From: Acidimicrobiia bacterium
GTDB taxonomy: Bacteria; Actinomycetota; Acidimicrobiia; Acidimicrobiales; CATQHL01
Assembly: GCA_009835395.1 (NCBI GenBank)
Contig: VXXM01000006.1
Coordinates: forward strand, 27,632 to 91,631
DNA: 64,000 nt
Direction of reading: 5' to 3'
The notes under the pieces were generated by a model, which worked only from the letters and a program-made list of their open reading frames with translations, was not told where the DNA came from and searched no databases. A program made the translations under genes and the position numbers. This document shows positions 10,139 to 19,407 of the stretch, one piece after another; position 1 is the stretch's first letter, and each line of letters starts with the position of its first letter.

Positions 10139-11223
10139 TCATCGTCGTCAAGATCGGTACCTCGTCGCTGGTGGACGAGTCGGGACACGTGGACACCGCC
10201 GAGATCGGGCGTCTCTGTGGACTGCTGGCCGAGTTGCGCGCCGACGGCCACCAGGTGCTGCTGGTGACGTCGGCGGCGATTACGGCTGGCCGCTGGCTGC
10301 TGGGGTTCGAGACCCGGCCCACCGATCCCGTGCTCCTGCAGGCGTCCTCGGCGGTGGGTCAGGGCCACCTCATGGCGATGTACAACGAGGCCTTCGCCGG
10401 CGTGGGCCTTGTGGCGGGGCAGATCCTGCTGACGCCCCTGGACTTCTTCGAGCGGAGCCGCTACCTGCGAGTGCGCGACACCCTGCAGCGCCTGCTGTCG
10501 CTGGGCGTGGTGCCGGTCATCAACGAGAACGACGCCGTGGCCGACGACGAGATCCAGTTCGGGGACAACGACCGGATCGCCGCCCTGGTGGCGCAGCTGG
10601 TGCAGGCGGACCTGCTGGTGATCCTCACCGACACCGAGGGTCTGCACACCGCCGATCCCCGGATCTCGAATGAGGCATCTCTGATCGCCGAGATTCAGGA
10701 GATCGACCGGGAACTGGAGGCCGCGGCCGGCGGTGTCGGCCACGCCGATGCGCGTGGCGGTATGGCCTCGAAGCTGTCGGCGGCCAAGATCGCCAGTTGG
10801 GCAGGCGTCCCCACGGTGATCGCCTCCTCCCGCCGCCCGAGCGTGCTGCGCGACGCGGCGGCCGGGAAGAACGTCGGCACGCTGGCCCGGCCGAGGCCGC
10901 AACGCCTGGGCGCCCGCAAGCTGTGGATCGCCTTCGCCGTGCGGTCGGTCGGCCGGCTGACCGTGGACGATGGCGCCCGTCGGGCACTCGTGGATCGAGG
11001 GAAGTCGCTGCTGGCGGTGGGCGTTCGCTCGGTGAGCGGGGAATTCGTGGCCGGCGACGCGGTCGAGGTGGCGGGCACTGACGGCGAGGTGTTCGCCAAG
11101 GGGCTCGTGCGGCTGCCCTCGGCCCGGCTCGATGCCGTCATCGGCCGGCGCAGCGACGAGCACGAGGCCGGCACGCCCGAGGAGCTGATCCACCGCGACG
11201 ACATGGTGCTGCTGGCACCCTGA
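10135..11223 (+). CDS. proB: Glutamate 5-kinase with PUA domain
   Basis: VVKIGTSSL, PVINENDAV, FGDND, GGMASK, C-terminal PUA. Confidence 0.95.
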   Translation: MIIVVKIGTSSLVDESGHVDTAEIGRLCGLLAELRADGHQVLLVTSAAITAGRWLLGFETRPTDPVLLQASSAVGQGHLMAMYNEAFAGVGLVAGQILLTPLDFFERSRYLRVRDTLQRLLSLGVVPVINENDAVADDEIQFGDNDRIAALVAQLVQADLLVILTDTEGLHTADPRISNEASLIAEIQEIDRELEAAAGGVGHADARGGMASKLSAAKIASWAGVPTVIASSRRPSVLRDAAAGKNVGTLARPRPQRLGARKLWIAFAVRSVGRLTVDDGARRALVDRGKSLLAVGVRSVSGEFVAGDAVEVAGTDGEVFAKGLVRLPSARLDAVIGRRSDEHEAGTPEELIHRDDMVLLAP

Positions 11224-11283
11224 CGGACCCTTGTCGGTGAGTCGCACAGGATCGCGCCCTCCGGCGAGAGGAGGTGGCTGACG

Positions 11284-12288
11284 GTGGCAATAGACGTCGT
11301 GCTGGCTCTCGCCGGGCTGCTGCTGCTGCTGGTCGGGTCCGACTGGCTGGTTGCCGGGGGCTCCCGGCTGGCGGCGCGCCGGGGGATCCCGCCGGTCGTG
11401 GTCGGCGCTGTGATCCTGGGGTTCGGCACGAGCCTCCCGGAGCTGGTCGTGGGTCTGGCGGCGGCGGCCGGAGGCGATTCGTCCCTCGGCCTTGGCGGCA
11501 TCGTCGGCTCCAACGCCGCCAACATGGGTCTCGTGCTCGGCGTTGCCGCCCTCGCCGTTCCCATCGCCGCCGATCGCGCCGCCTGGCGCAGGGTCCCGCC
11601 GGCCATCGCCGCGGTCCTGCTGCTGGCGGTTTTCCTCGTCACCGGTGGCGGGGTCATCGAGCGCTGGGAGGGCGGCGTGCTCCTCGCGGCGATGGCGGTG
11701 GCAACGTGGTGGCTGTTGCGTGACCCGCACGCAAGTGTCGGGCAGCACGGCGACGCCCCCGGCCCCGACGTTCCCGCGCCGAACAGGATGGACCGGCGGA
11801 TCGATGACGCGGTGCGGCGCCTGGCTCCGGACAGCCGCGGCGAGTTGTGGCGGCTGATTCTGGGTCTCGTGGCGATCGTGGTGGGTGCGCAACTCGCCGT
11901 CGACGGCTTCACGGGCATCGCCGAGCGCATCGGGCTCGCCACCGGTCTGGTCGGCCTCAGCCTCGTGGCAATCGGCACGTCGCTTCCCGAACTCGCCACC
12001 GCGCTCGCCGGGATACGCCGGCGCCAGCCCCTGCTGACCCTCGGCAACCTGCTCGGCAGCAACATCTTCAACAGCCTGGCCATCGGCGGCGTCATCGCGC
12101 TGGTCCGCCCGGGCGGGCTCGGCAGCGACGGCGTGCCCTGGGTCGCCGCGGCGGTCATGGTCGGCATGATCCTGCTGGCCATGCTGCTCCTGGCCACGAA
12201 CCGGCGGGAGCGACGCCTGGAACGCTGGGAGGGCGGTGTCCTGCTGGCCGCCTACGCGGCCGCCCTACCGCTCATCCTCGTCACCTGA
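11284..12288 (+). CDS. Calcium/sodium (CaCA, YrbG-like) antiporter
   Basis: Two alpha-repeat motifs GTSLPEL with GSNAAN and GSNIFN. Confidence 0.88.
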   Translation: MAIDVVLALAGLLLLLVGSDWLVAGGSRLAARRGIPPVVVGAVILGFGTSLPELVVGLAAAAGGDSSLGLGGIVGSNAANMGLVLGVAALAVPIAADRAAWRRVPPAIAAVLLLAVFLVTGGGVIERWEGGVLLAAMAVATWWLLRDPHASVGQHGDAPGPDVPAPNRMDRRIDDAVRRLAPDSRGELWRLILGLVAIVVGAQLAVDGFTGIAERIGLATGLVGLSLVAIGTSLPELATALAGIRRRQPLLTLGNLLGSNIFNSLAIGGVIALVRPGGLGSDGVPWVAAAVMVGMILLAMLLLATNRRERRLERWEGGVLLAAYAAALPLILVT

Positions 12289-12343
12289 GGCACCCGGGCG
12301 GCGAGTCGGACCCGCCACCAACCGGGGATCCGAACAGTACGAG

Positions 12344-12372
12344 CGTCATTCCGGCGAAGGCCGGAATCCACT
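12344..12372. repeat. CGTC-tagged REP-like palindrome, copy 1 (intergenic, between convergent genes)
   Basis: cgtcattccggcgaaggccggaatccact; 8-bp stem ATTCCGGC/GCCGGAAT; 28/29 identical to 61450-61478. Confidence 0.85.
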
Positions 12373-12406
12373 TCCCAGCGGCCCGACCGGCGCCGCCGGC
12401 GGACCG

Positions 12407-13831
12407 CTACTCCCCGTCGTCAGCGGCGTCGCCCGCCTCGGCTTCCATCGCATCGGCGAGGTGGCGGAGGTTCTCGGGCGTGGCTGTGCCGTCCATCTCG
12501 CCGAGGTAGGCGGGGAGCTTCACGCCCACCTGGCCGGCCAGGTCCTGCAGCGGGGGCAGGGCGCCGATGAGGCTGGAGAGGAAGTTGGCGGTGCTGCTGC
12601 CGCCGTTGCCCCCGTTCCCGCCGGAGTCCCACACGGTGACCTGATCGATCTTCAGGTTGGAGATGGCCTTGACCTGCTCGGCCACGAGCGCGGGCAGCTG
12701 CTCGGAGATGAGCATCAGGGCGGCCAGTTGCGCCTCGCCGCCGGTGCGGTCCACCAGTTCACCCAGACCCTCGGCGCGGCGGGTCAGCAGGGCCAGAAGA
12801 CCCATGGCCTCGGCCTCCATGAGCAGCCGCTGGCCGTCGGCCTCGCCGCCCTTGACGAAGCGGATGCGATCCGCTTCGGCCTCGGCCAGGGTGCGCACCC
12901 GCTCGCGCTCCACCTCGGCCGGAACGACGATGTCGGCCTGCTGGGAGGCCTTCTCCCGGGCGGCCCGGGCCACCTCGGCGGCGGCCTCGGCGGCGAAGGA
13001 CTCCTCCTCGGCGCGCGCCTGGGTGACGCGCTCGGCGGCGGTGGCCAACCGCTCGGCCTCGGCCTCCTTCTGGCGCCGCTCGCTGTCGGAGCGCGCCACA
13101 GTGACCTTGGCCTCGTTCTCGCCCTCGGTGGCCGTGGCGTTGGCCGACGCCACCCGGATGCGCTGCTCCCGGTTCGCCTCGGCGGCGCCGATGTCACCGT
13201 CGCGCTCCTGCTGGGCGACCTTGATCTTGGCCTCGTTGATGGCCCGCGCCGCCGCTTCCCGGCCCAGGGCGTCGATGTAGCCCGACTCGTCGGTGATGTC
13301 CTGGATGTTCACGTTGATGAGCCGCAGCCCGACCTTGCGCAGCTCGATCTCCAGCGACTCGGTGATGTTGGTGATGAGCTTCTCGCGGTCGGTGTTGATC
13401 TCCTCGATGGGCATGGTGGCGATGACCACGCGCATCTGCCCGAAGATGATGTCCCGCGACAGGTTCTCCACCTCGGCGAGGCTGAGCCCCAGCAGCCGCT
13501 CTGCGGCGTTCTGCATCACGCCCGGCTCGGTGGAGACGCCGACGGTGAAGGTGGCGGGTGTATTGACCCTGATGTTCTGCTGCGACAGCGCCCCTTGCAG
13601 CTTGATCTCGATGGAGATGGGCGTTAGGTCCAGGAAGGCGTAGCCCTGGATGATGGGCCACACCAAAGCGCCGCCGCCGTGCAGGCAGCGGGCCGACTCG
13701 CCCACGCCCCCGACCCGGCCGTAGATCACCAGGATCCGGTCCGAGGGGCAGCGCTTGTAGCGCGACGCCACCCAGAGGATGGCGATCAGGAGGATGACGA
13801 CAAGGCCGACGACTAGACCGATGACTGCCAT
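12407..13831 (-). CDS. Flotillin-like SPFH domain protein
   Basis: N-terminal TM, SRYKRCPSDRILVIYG, SPFH core, AEA-rich coiled coil, IDQVTVWD tail. Confidence 0.9.
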   Translation of the reverse strand: MAVIGLVVGLVVILLIAILWVASRYKRCPSDRILVIYGRVGGVGESARCLHGGGALVWPIIQGYAFLDLTPISIEIKLQGALSQQNIRVNTPATFTVGVSTEPGVMQNAAERLLGLSLAEVENLSRDIIFGQMRVVIATMPIEEINTDREKLITNITESLEIELRKVGLRLINVNIQDITDESGYIDALGREAAARAINEAKIKVAQQERDGDIGAAEANREQRIRVASANATATEGENEAKVTVARSDSERRQKEAEAERLATAAERVTQARAEEESFAAEAAAEVARAAREKASQQADIVVPAEVERERVRTLAEAEADRIRFVKGGEADGQRLLMEAEAMGLLALLTRRAEGLGELVDRTGGEAQLAALMLISEQLPALVAEQVKAISNLKIDQVTVWDSGGNGGNGGSSTANFLSSLIGALPPLQDLAGQVGVKLPAYLGEMDGTATPENLRHLADAMEAEAGDAADDGE

Positions 13832-13888
13832 GTGGGTTCCTTTCGGCGGATCTTCGAATTGGTTCCGGGGGTTGCGGTCGGGCCGGTG

Positions 13889-14446
13889 CTAGATCAGCGG
13901 CTCGACGAGGACGGTCGTGGGGTCCACGACGTCGGTCACCTTGACGCGTGTCTTGGCTGGGAGTTCGGTGGGCGCCGTCGTGTAGGCGTCGATCACGCGC
14001 ATGCGCCCCTGCACCATCACCTCCACCTTTCCGGGTTTGGCGCGGTTGGCGCCCACCGGGATGTAGACGGTGCCGTTCACGCCGACCGCGCTGCGGTAGT
14101 CGATGGAGCCGCTCTCGGTCATGCGGGCGAATCGTCGCCAGATCAGCGCCACGAGGAAGAACACGGCCAGGCCGACGATGGTCGAGATCACCACCGAGAG
14201 GGTGGTCGAGTTGTCCGCCTCCTTCATCAGCACGCCGGTCCAGCCGAAGGCGAAGAAGAAGGCGGTCAGGCTGCGCAGCGACAGGAAGCCCACGTCGGCG
14301 TCGCTGGCCTCGAGGTCGAAGTCGAAGTCCAGGCCGACACCCAGCGCCATGAGCAGGAACTGGAGCATCAGGAAGGCGCCCGAGACGATGCCGATCAGGT
14401 AGAAGACCTGCAGGTCGCCGGTGAGGGCGTTCCACCAGTCGCCCAT
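13889..14446 (-). CDS. NfeD-like (YuaF-type) membrane protein
   Basis: Three TM segments plus OB-fold (GTVYIPVG...GKVEV); ATG 14446 preceded by GGAGG; upstream of flotillin. Confidence 0.82.
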   Translation of the reverse strand: MGDWWNALTGDLQVFYLIGIVSGAFLMLQFLLMALGVGLDFDFDLEASDADVGFLSLRSLTAFFFAFGWTGVLMKEADNSTTLSVVISTIVGLAVFFLVALIWRRFARMTESGSIDYRSAVGVNGTVYIPVGANRAKPGKVEVMVQGRMRVIDAYTTAPTELPAKTRVKVTDVVDPTTVLVEPLI

Positions 14447-14631
14447 CGAGGCCTCCCGGGTCGACAACTCGGCGCGGAGCCGGCCGCTGGGGCTCCGGTA
14501 CCGCTCAGGCTACCGGCACGGCGGCACCGCGGCCAAGGCCCGGCCCCTGGAGCGGGCGTCGCGGCGGTCCGTCGTCCTCGGTGGGCGCAGGGTCATCGGC
14601 GGTCCCGGCGCCGGCGGTACGCTCAGATGTC

Positions 14632-15936
14632 GTGGCGAGGCGGTACTGGCTGGAGACACTCGGCTGTCCCAAGAACCAGGTCGACTCCGACAAGCTCGCC
14701 GGGCAGCTCGCCGCCGACGGCTACCGGCCGGCTGCCGCGGTGGCCGAGGCGGATCTCGTGGTGGTCAACACCTGCGCCTTCATCGATGAGGCCAGGCGGG
14801 AATCGCTGGAGACTGTCGAGAGTCTGGCGTCACAGCGGCGCGCCGGCGCCGAACTGGTCGTGACCGGCTGCCTCGCCGAGCGGACCGGCTCCCGGCTGCG
14901 CCAGGAGCACCCCGAGATCGACCGCGTGGCGGGCTTCGGCGAACCGATCGCCCTGGGGCCCACTCGCCGCGGGCGGCGTCGTTCGCTGCAGGTCGCCGGT
15001 GGCGGTCCGGTGCCTCGCCTGGACCTGCTCAACATGCCCCGACCGCCGGCGTCGGCGCCCTGGGCCTACGTGAAGATCGCCGAGGGCTGCGACCGCCGCT
15101 GCGGGTACTGCGCCATTCCGAGCTTCCGGGGACCGCAGCGCTCGCGCAGCCCCGAGTCGATACTGGCCGAGATCGAGGCCTTGGGAGCCCGCGAGATCGT
15201 GCTGGTGGCCCAGGACCTGGCCTCCTACGGCCGCGACGGGGGCGGCGGCGAGCGGCGCCTGGTACCGCTGGTGGAGGCGGCCCGGGAACTGGTGCCGTGG
15301 GTGCGGCTGCTCTACCTCTACCCCTCCGACCTCACCGACGAATTGGTGGCCGCGATCCTGGCCACCGGCGTGGCCTACTTCGACCTGTCGCTGCAGCACG
15401 CCTCCCGCCCTCTGCTTCGCCGGATGCGCCGCTGGGGCGACGGGGAGCGCTTCGCGGCGCGGATCGCCGAGATCCGTCGCGCCGCGCCGGACGCCGCCTT
15501 CCGGTCCAACTTCATCGTGGGCTACCCCGGCGAGACCGAGGAGGACCATGACGCCCTGCTGGCGTTCGTTGCCGAGGCCGAGCTGGACTGGGTGGGGGTC
15601 TTCGCCTACTCCGAGGAGCAGGGAACGTATTCGGCAGATCTGGACGGGCAGGTGCCCAAGCCGCTGGTCGCCGAGCGCATGGCCGAGCTGCGCGAGCTCT
15701 GCGACGAGATCACCGAGCGACGACGCCGCCGCCTCGTGGGCAGCACCGCCACCGTTCTGGTGGATCGGCCGGGACGGGCGCGCAGCCATCGGGAGGCCCC
15801 CGAGATCGACGGCCTCGTGGAAGTGCCCGACGACCTGGCGACGGGCAGCTTCGCGACCGTCGAGATCATTGGGGCCGCCGGTGTTGACCTGATGGCGGCG
15901 CCGCTGGTCGCCGCCGGCTCCGGAGGGGCGCGGTGA
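14632..15936 (+). CDS. rimO: Ribosomal protein S12 methylthiotransferase RimO
   Basis: TLGCPKNQVDS, VNTCAFI, KIAEGCDRRCGYCAIP, REAPEIDG. Confidence 0.93.
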   Translation: MARRYWLETLGCPKNQVDSDKLAGQLAADGYRPAAAVAEADLVVVNTCAFIDEARRESLETVESLASQRRAGAELVVTGCLAERTGSRLRQEHPEIDRVAGFGEPIALGPTRRGRRRSLQVAGGGPVPRLDLLNMPRPPASAPWAYVKIAEGCDRRCGYCAIPSFRGPQRSRSPESILAEIEALGAREIVLVAQDLASYGRDGGGGERRLVPLVEAARELVPWVRLLYLYPSDLTDELVAAILATGVAYFDLSLQHASRPLLRRMRRWGDGERFAARIAEIRRAAPDAAFRSNFIVGYPGETEEDHDALLAFVAEAELDWVGVFAYSEEQGTYSADLDGQVPKPLVAERMAELRELCDEITERRRRRLVGSTATVLVDRPGRARSHREAPEIDGLVEVPDDLATGSFATVEIIGAAGVDLMAAPLVAAGSGGAR

Positions 15937-16544
15937 CGGCGCCGGCGCCCGGCATCGGTCTCGGCCTGGCCACGCCTGCGAACCTCATCACGCTGGCGCG
16001 CATCGGCGCCTCGCCGGTGTTGTTCTGGTTGATCCTGCGCGCCCGCGACGACGGCGGGGCCTCGTGGCTGGCCGTCGCGGTGGCCGTGGTGTTCGCCGCC
16101 TCCGACGCCTGGGACGGCCACCTGGCGCGGAACACCGGCACCGTCACGCGCACAGGAGCGTTCCTGGATCCGCTTGCGGACAAGGTCGTGGTCCTGGGTT
16201 CGATGGCGTCCCTCGCCGCCATCGGCAGGGTCAGCTGGGTCCCGGTCGCGCTCATCGCCGCTCGCGAGGCGGCGATGAGCGGGTACCGGGTGCGCTGCGC
16301 CCGCCGCGGCGTCTCCGTCCCCGCCCGGCGCTCGGCCAAGTGGAAGGTCATCCTCCAGGGACTGGCGGTGATCCTCACCCTCGTCCCGCCCCTTGCTGCA
16401 GAGGACTCCCCGGCCCGTGAGGGGTTCGTGCTGGCCGTCTGGTGGCTGGCCGTGGCGGCCACTGCCGTCACCGGCCTGCTCTATCTTCTCGACGGCCGCA
16501 GGACGGCCGCGGAGGGCGGAGGCGCCGGCGGAGGTCCCCGATGA
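15933..16544 (+). CDS. pgsA: CDP-alcohol phosphatidyltransferase (PgsA-like)
   Basis: PANLIT, DAWDGHLAR...GAFLDPLADK. Confidence 0.88.
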   Translation: MTAPAPGIGLGLATPANLITLARIGASPVLFWLILRARDDGGASWLAVAVAVVFAASDAWDGHLARNTGTVTRTGAFLDPLADKVVVLGSMASLAAIGRVSWVPVALIAAREAAMSGYRVRCARRGVSVPARRSAKWKVILQGLAVILTLVPPLAAEDSPAREGFVLAVWWLAVAATAVTGLLYLLDGRRTAAEGGGAGGGPR

Positions 16545-17794
16545 GGTGCGAGGTCGTCGCCGTCGGCACCGAGCTGCTGCTCGGGCAGGTGGTCGACACC
16601 AACTCGTCGTGGATCGGCCAGCACCTGGCCGGACTGGGGATCGACTCGTACTACCAGACGAAGGTCGGCGACAACCTCGACCGGATCTGCGCCGTGCTGC
16701 GCACGGCTGTGGCGCGCAACGACTTCGTCGTGGTCTGCGGCGGCCTGGGCCCGACCCCCGATGACATCACCCGCGAGGCGCTGGCCGCCGTCATGGGGGT
16801 GGAGTTGCGCCGCGACCCCGAACTCGTCGAGCGCATCTCGGCCAAGTTCTGGCGGCGCGGCCGCTCGATGCCCGCCAACAACCTGCAGCAGGCCGACGTG
16901 CCTGACGGCGCCGAGGTCATACCGGTCTTTCCCGGCACCGCGCCCGGCCTCGTCTGCCCGGTCGGCGACACCGTGGTCTACGCGGTTCCCGGTGTGCCGT
17001 GGGAGATGCAGACGATGATGACCGAGTGGATCGCGGGGGACATGCGGCGCCGGGCAGGCGTCTCGGGCGTGATCCAGAGCCGCACGCTGCGCACCTGGGG
17101 CGAGTCCGAGGGCGGCTTGGCCGAGCGGCTGGGCGGCGTGATCGACCGGCTCGACGCCTCCGGGAGGGTGACGCTGGCCTTCCTGGCATCGGGGATCGAG
17201 GGCCTCAAGGTGCGCCTGACCGCCAAGGCGGACACGGCCGCCGAGGCCGCGGCGATGCTGGATGCCGAGGAGGCGGCCGTACGGGCGGCCATCGACGCCC
17301 ACCTGGTGTTCGGCACCGACGAGGAGACCATGGAGACGGCGGTGCTCGAGCTGTGCCGCAGGGCGGGTCTCACACTGGCCACGGCGGAGTCGCTGACGGG
17401 GGGAATGATCGCGACCCGCCTGAGCGCCGCCCCCGGCGCCAGCGACGTGTTCCGGGGCTCGCTGGTGACCTACGCCGCCGAGACCAAGCGCGACCTGCTG
17501 GGCGTTCCGGCCGGTCCCGTCGTGTCGGAGGCGGCGGTGCGGGCGATGGCCGCCGGCGCCTGCGAGCAACTGGGCGCCGACTGCTCGCTGGCCGTGACCG
17601 GGGTCGCCGGCCCCGCCCCCGCCGATGGGGAGGAGCCCGGGATGGTCTGGATGGCCACCTCGGTCGACGGCGAGGTCGTGGCGCGCCGGCACCATTTCCC
17701 GTTCGATAGGGAGCGGACCCGCCAGTTCACGACCATCGGCGTGCTCAACGAGTTGCGCCTGCGCCTCCTGGCGCGGGAAGCGGCCACACGATGA
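16541..17794 (+). CDS. cinA: CinA protein (MocF-like domain plus PncC NMN deamidase)
   Basis: VGTELLLGQVVDTN, GGLGPTPDDIT, TAESLTGG, SLAVTGVAGP. Confidence 0.93.
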   Translation: MRCEVVAVGTELLLGQVVDTNSSWIGQHLAGLGIDSYYQTKVGDNLDRICAVLRTAVARNDFVVVCGGLGPTPDDITREALAAVMGVELRRDPELVERISAKFWRRGRSMPANNLQQADVPDGAEVIPVFPGTAPGLVCPVGDTVVYAVPGVPWEMQTMMTEWIAGDMRRRAGVSGVIQSRTLRTWGESEGGLAERLGGVIDRLDASGRVTLAFLASGIEGLKVRLTAKADTAAEAAAMLDAEEAAVRAAIDAHLVFGTDEETMETAVLELCRRAGLTLATAESLTGGMIATRLSAAPGASDVFRGSLVTYAAETKRDLLGVPAGPVVSEAAVRAMAAGACEQLGADCSLAVTGVAGPAPADGEEPGMVWMATSVDGEVVARRHHFPFDRERTRQFTTIGVLNELRLRLLAREAATR

Positions 17795-19407
17795 CCTCCC
17801 CGGATAGCTTGACCCCCGTGGTGAATGGTGCGGCGGGCGAGGTGCACGCCGCCATCGACGTCGGGACCAACTCGTTCCATCTGGTCGTCGCCCGGGTCAG
17901 TGCCAGCGGGGGCCTCGAGATCCTCTTTCGGGACAAGGAGGTGGTGCGCCTGGGATCCGGCTCGGGCGACATGCGACACCTCACGCCCGATGCCATCGAC
18001 CGGGGGATCGAAGCCCTGCGCGGGCTGGTCAAGACGGCAGCCTCCTACGGCGCCGACGTGCGGGCGGTGGCGACGAGTGCGGTCCGCGAGGCCGAGAACC
18101 GCCTTGAGTTCCTGGATCGGGCAGCCGCCGAGGCCGGGGTCCAGGTGGAGGTCATCTCCGGCACCGAGGAGGCCCGGCTGATCCATCTGGGGGTGGTGCA
18201 GGCGCTGTCGGTGTTCGACCGCCAGATCCTGGTCACCGACATCGGCGGCGGCAGCACCGAACTGCTCATCGGCCGGGGCACGCGGCCACTGGCGGTGCGC
18301 AGCGTCAAGCTGGGACACGTCCGTCTCACCGATCGCTTCTTCCCCGGCGGCGTGGCCGCCGGCGCCGCGGTGGAGGAGTGTCGTGCCTACGTGCGCTCGT
18401 TCCTGACCCCCGTGGGCCACGATCTTGGGCCCTACAGGTACGAGTTGGCCGTGGGCAGTTCGGGGACGATCGCCACGATCGCCCAGATGGCCGAGTACCT
18501 GCGCGACGGGCGAGCCGATCGCTGGCTCAACAACGTCTCCTTCAGCCGCGCCCAGCTGGCCGAGGTCACCGATGCCGTGCTCGCCGCGCCGACCCCCGAG
18601 GCGCGCCGGGCCATCGGCGGCCTGGACGAGCGCCGGGCCGACGTCATCGTGGCGGGCGTCCTGCTGCTGGAGGGCGTGTTCGAGTGCTTCGACATTCCGT
18701 CGATCACGGTGTCCGGCTATGCGCTGCGCGAGGGCGTGCTGCTGGACGGAGTGCACGCCGGGGGAAACGGCGACGCCTTCTGGCATCTCAGCGACATCAG
18801 GCGGGAGTCCGTGCTGCGCATCGCCGAGGACTACGACGAGGAGCGCCCGCACGTCCGGCGGGTGACCGATCTGGCGCTGCAGCTCTTCGACGCGCTCGGG
18901 GATCTGCACCGCTTCGGGCTGTACGAGCGGGACCTGCTGGAGGCCGCCGGGATGCTGCACAACGTGGGGCGCTTCATCTCCCGCGGCGCGCACCACAAGC
19001 ACAGCTACTACGTCATCCGCAGCAGCGACCGGCTGCTGGGCTTCACCGAGCGCGAGGTGGAGCTGATGGCTCTCGTGGCGCGTTACCAGCGCAAGGCGCT
19101 GCCCCGGATGGGCCACGCCGAGTTCGCGGCCCTGAACGTGGCCGACCGTGCCCGGGTGCAGTTGCTGGCGGGGATCCTGCGAATCGCCATCGCGCTCGAC
19201 CGGACCCGCGGTGGCGCCGTGAGCGGCGTGACGGCCGAGGCCGGCGAGGCCCTCGTGATCAGCTGCCGCACCGCGCCGGGCGCCGACGCCGCGGTGGAGT
19301 TGTACACGGCCAAGCAGCGCAGCGAGTTGCTGGCCGCCGCCACCGGGCTGGCCGTGCGGGTCGTTGCCGAGAGCCCGGTTCCCGCCGGCTCCGGCTCCGA
19401 GGGCTAG
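17791..19407 (+). CDS. ppx: Ppx/GppA family exopolyphosphatase with HD domain
   Basis: IDVGTNS, ATSAVREAEN, DIGGGSTE, LREG, C-terminal LHNVG...HHKHS. Confidence 0.9.
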   Translation: MTSPDSLTPVVNGAAGEVHAAIDVGTNSFHLVVARVSASGGLEILFRDKEVVRLGSGSGDMRHLTPDAIDRGIEALRGLVKTAASYGADVRAVATSAVREAENRLEFLDRAAAEAGVQVEVISGTEEARLIHLGVVQALSVFDRQILVTDIGGGSTELLIGRGTRPLAVRSVKLGHVRLTDRFFPGGVAAGAAVEECRAYVRSFLTPVGHDLGPYRYELAVGSSGTIATIAQMAEYLRDGRADRWLNNVSFSRAQLAEVTDAVLAAPTPEARRAIGGLDERRADVIVAGVLLLEGVFECFDIPSITVSGYALREGVLLDGVHAGGNGDAFWHLSDIRRESVLRIAEDYDEERPHVRRVTDLALQLFDALGDLHRFGLYERDLLEAAGMLHNVGRFISRGAHHKHSYYVIRSSDRLLGFTEREVELMALVARYQRKALPRMGHAEFAALNVADRARVQLLAGILRIAIALDRTRGGAVSGVTAEAGEALVISCRTAPGADAAVELYTAKQRSELLAAATGLAVRVVAESPVPAGSGSEG

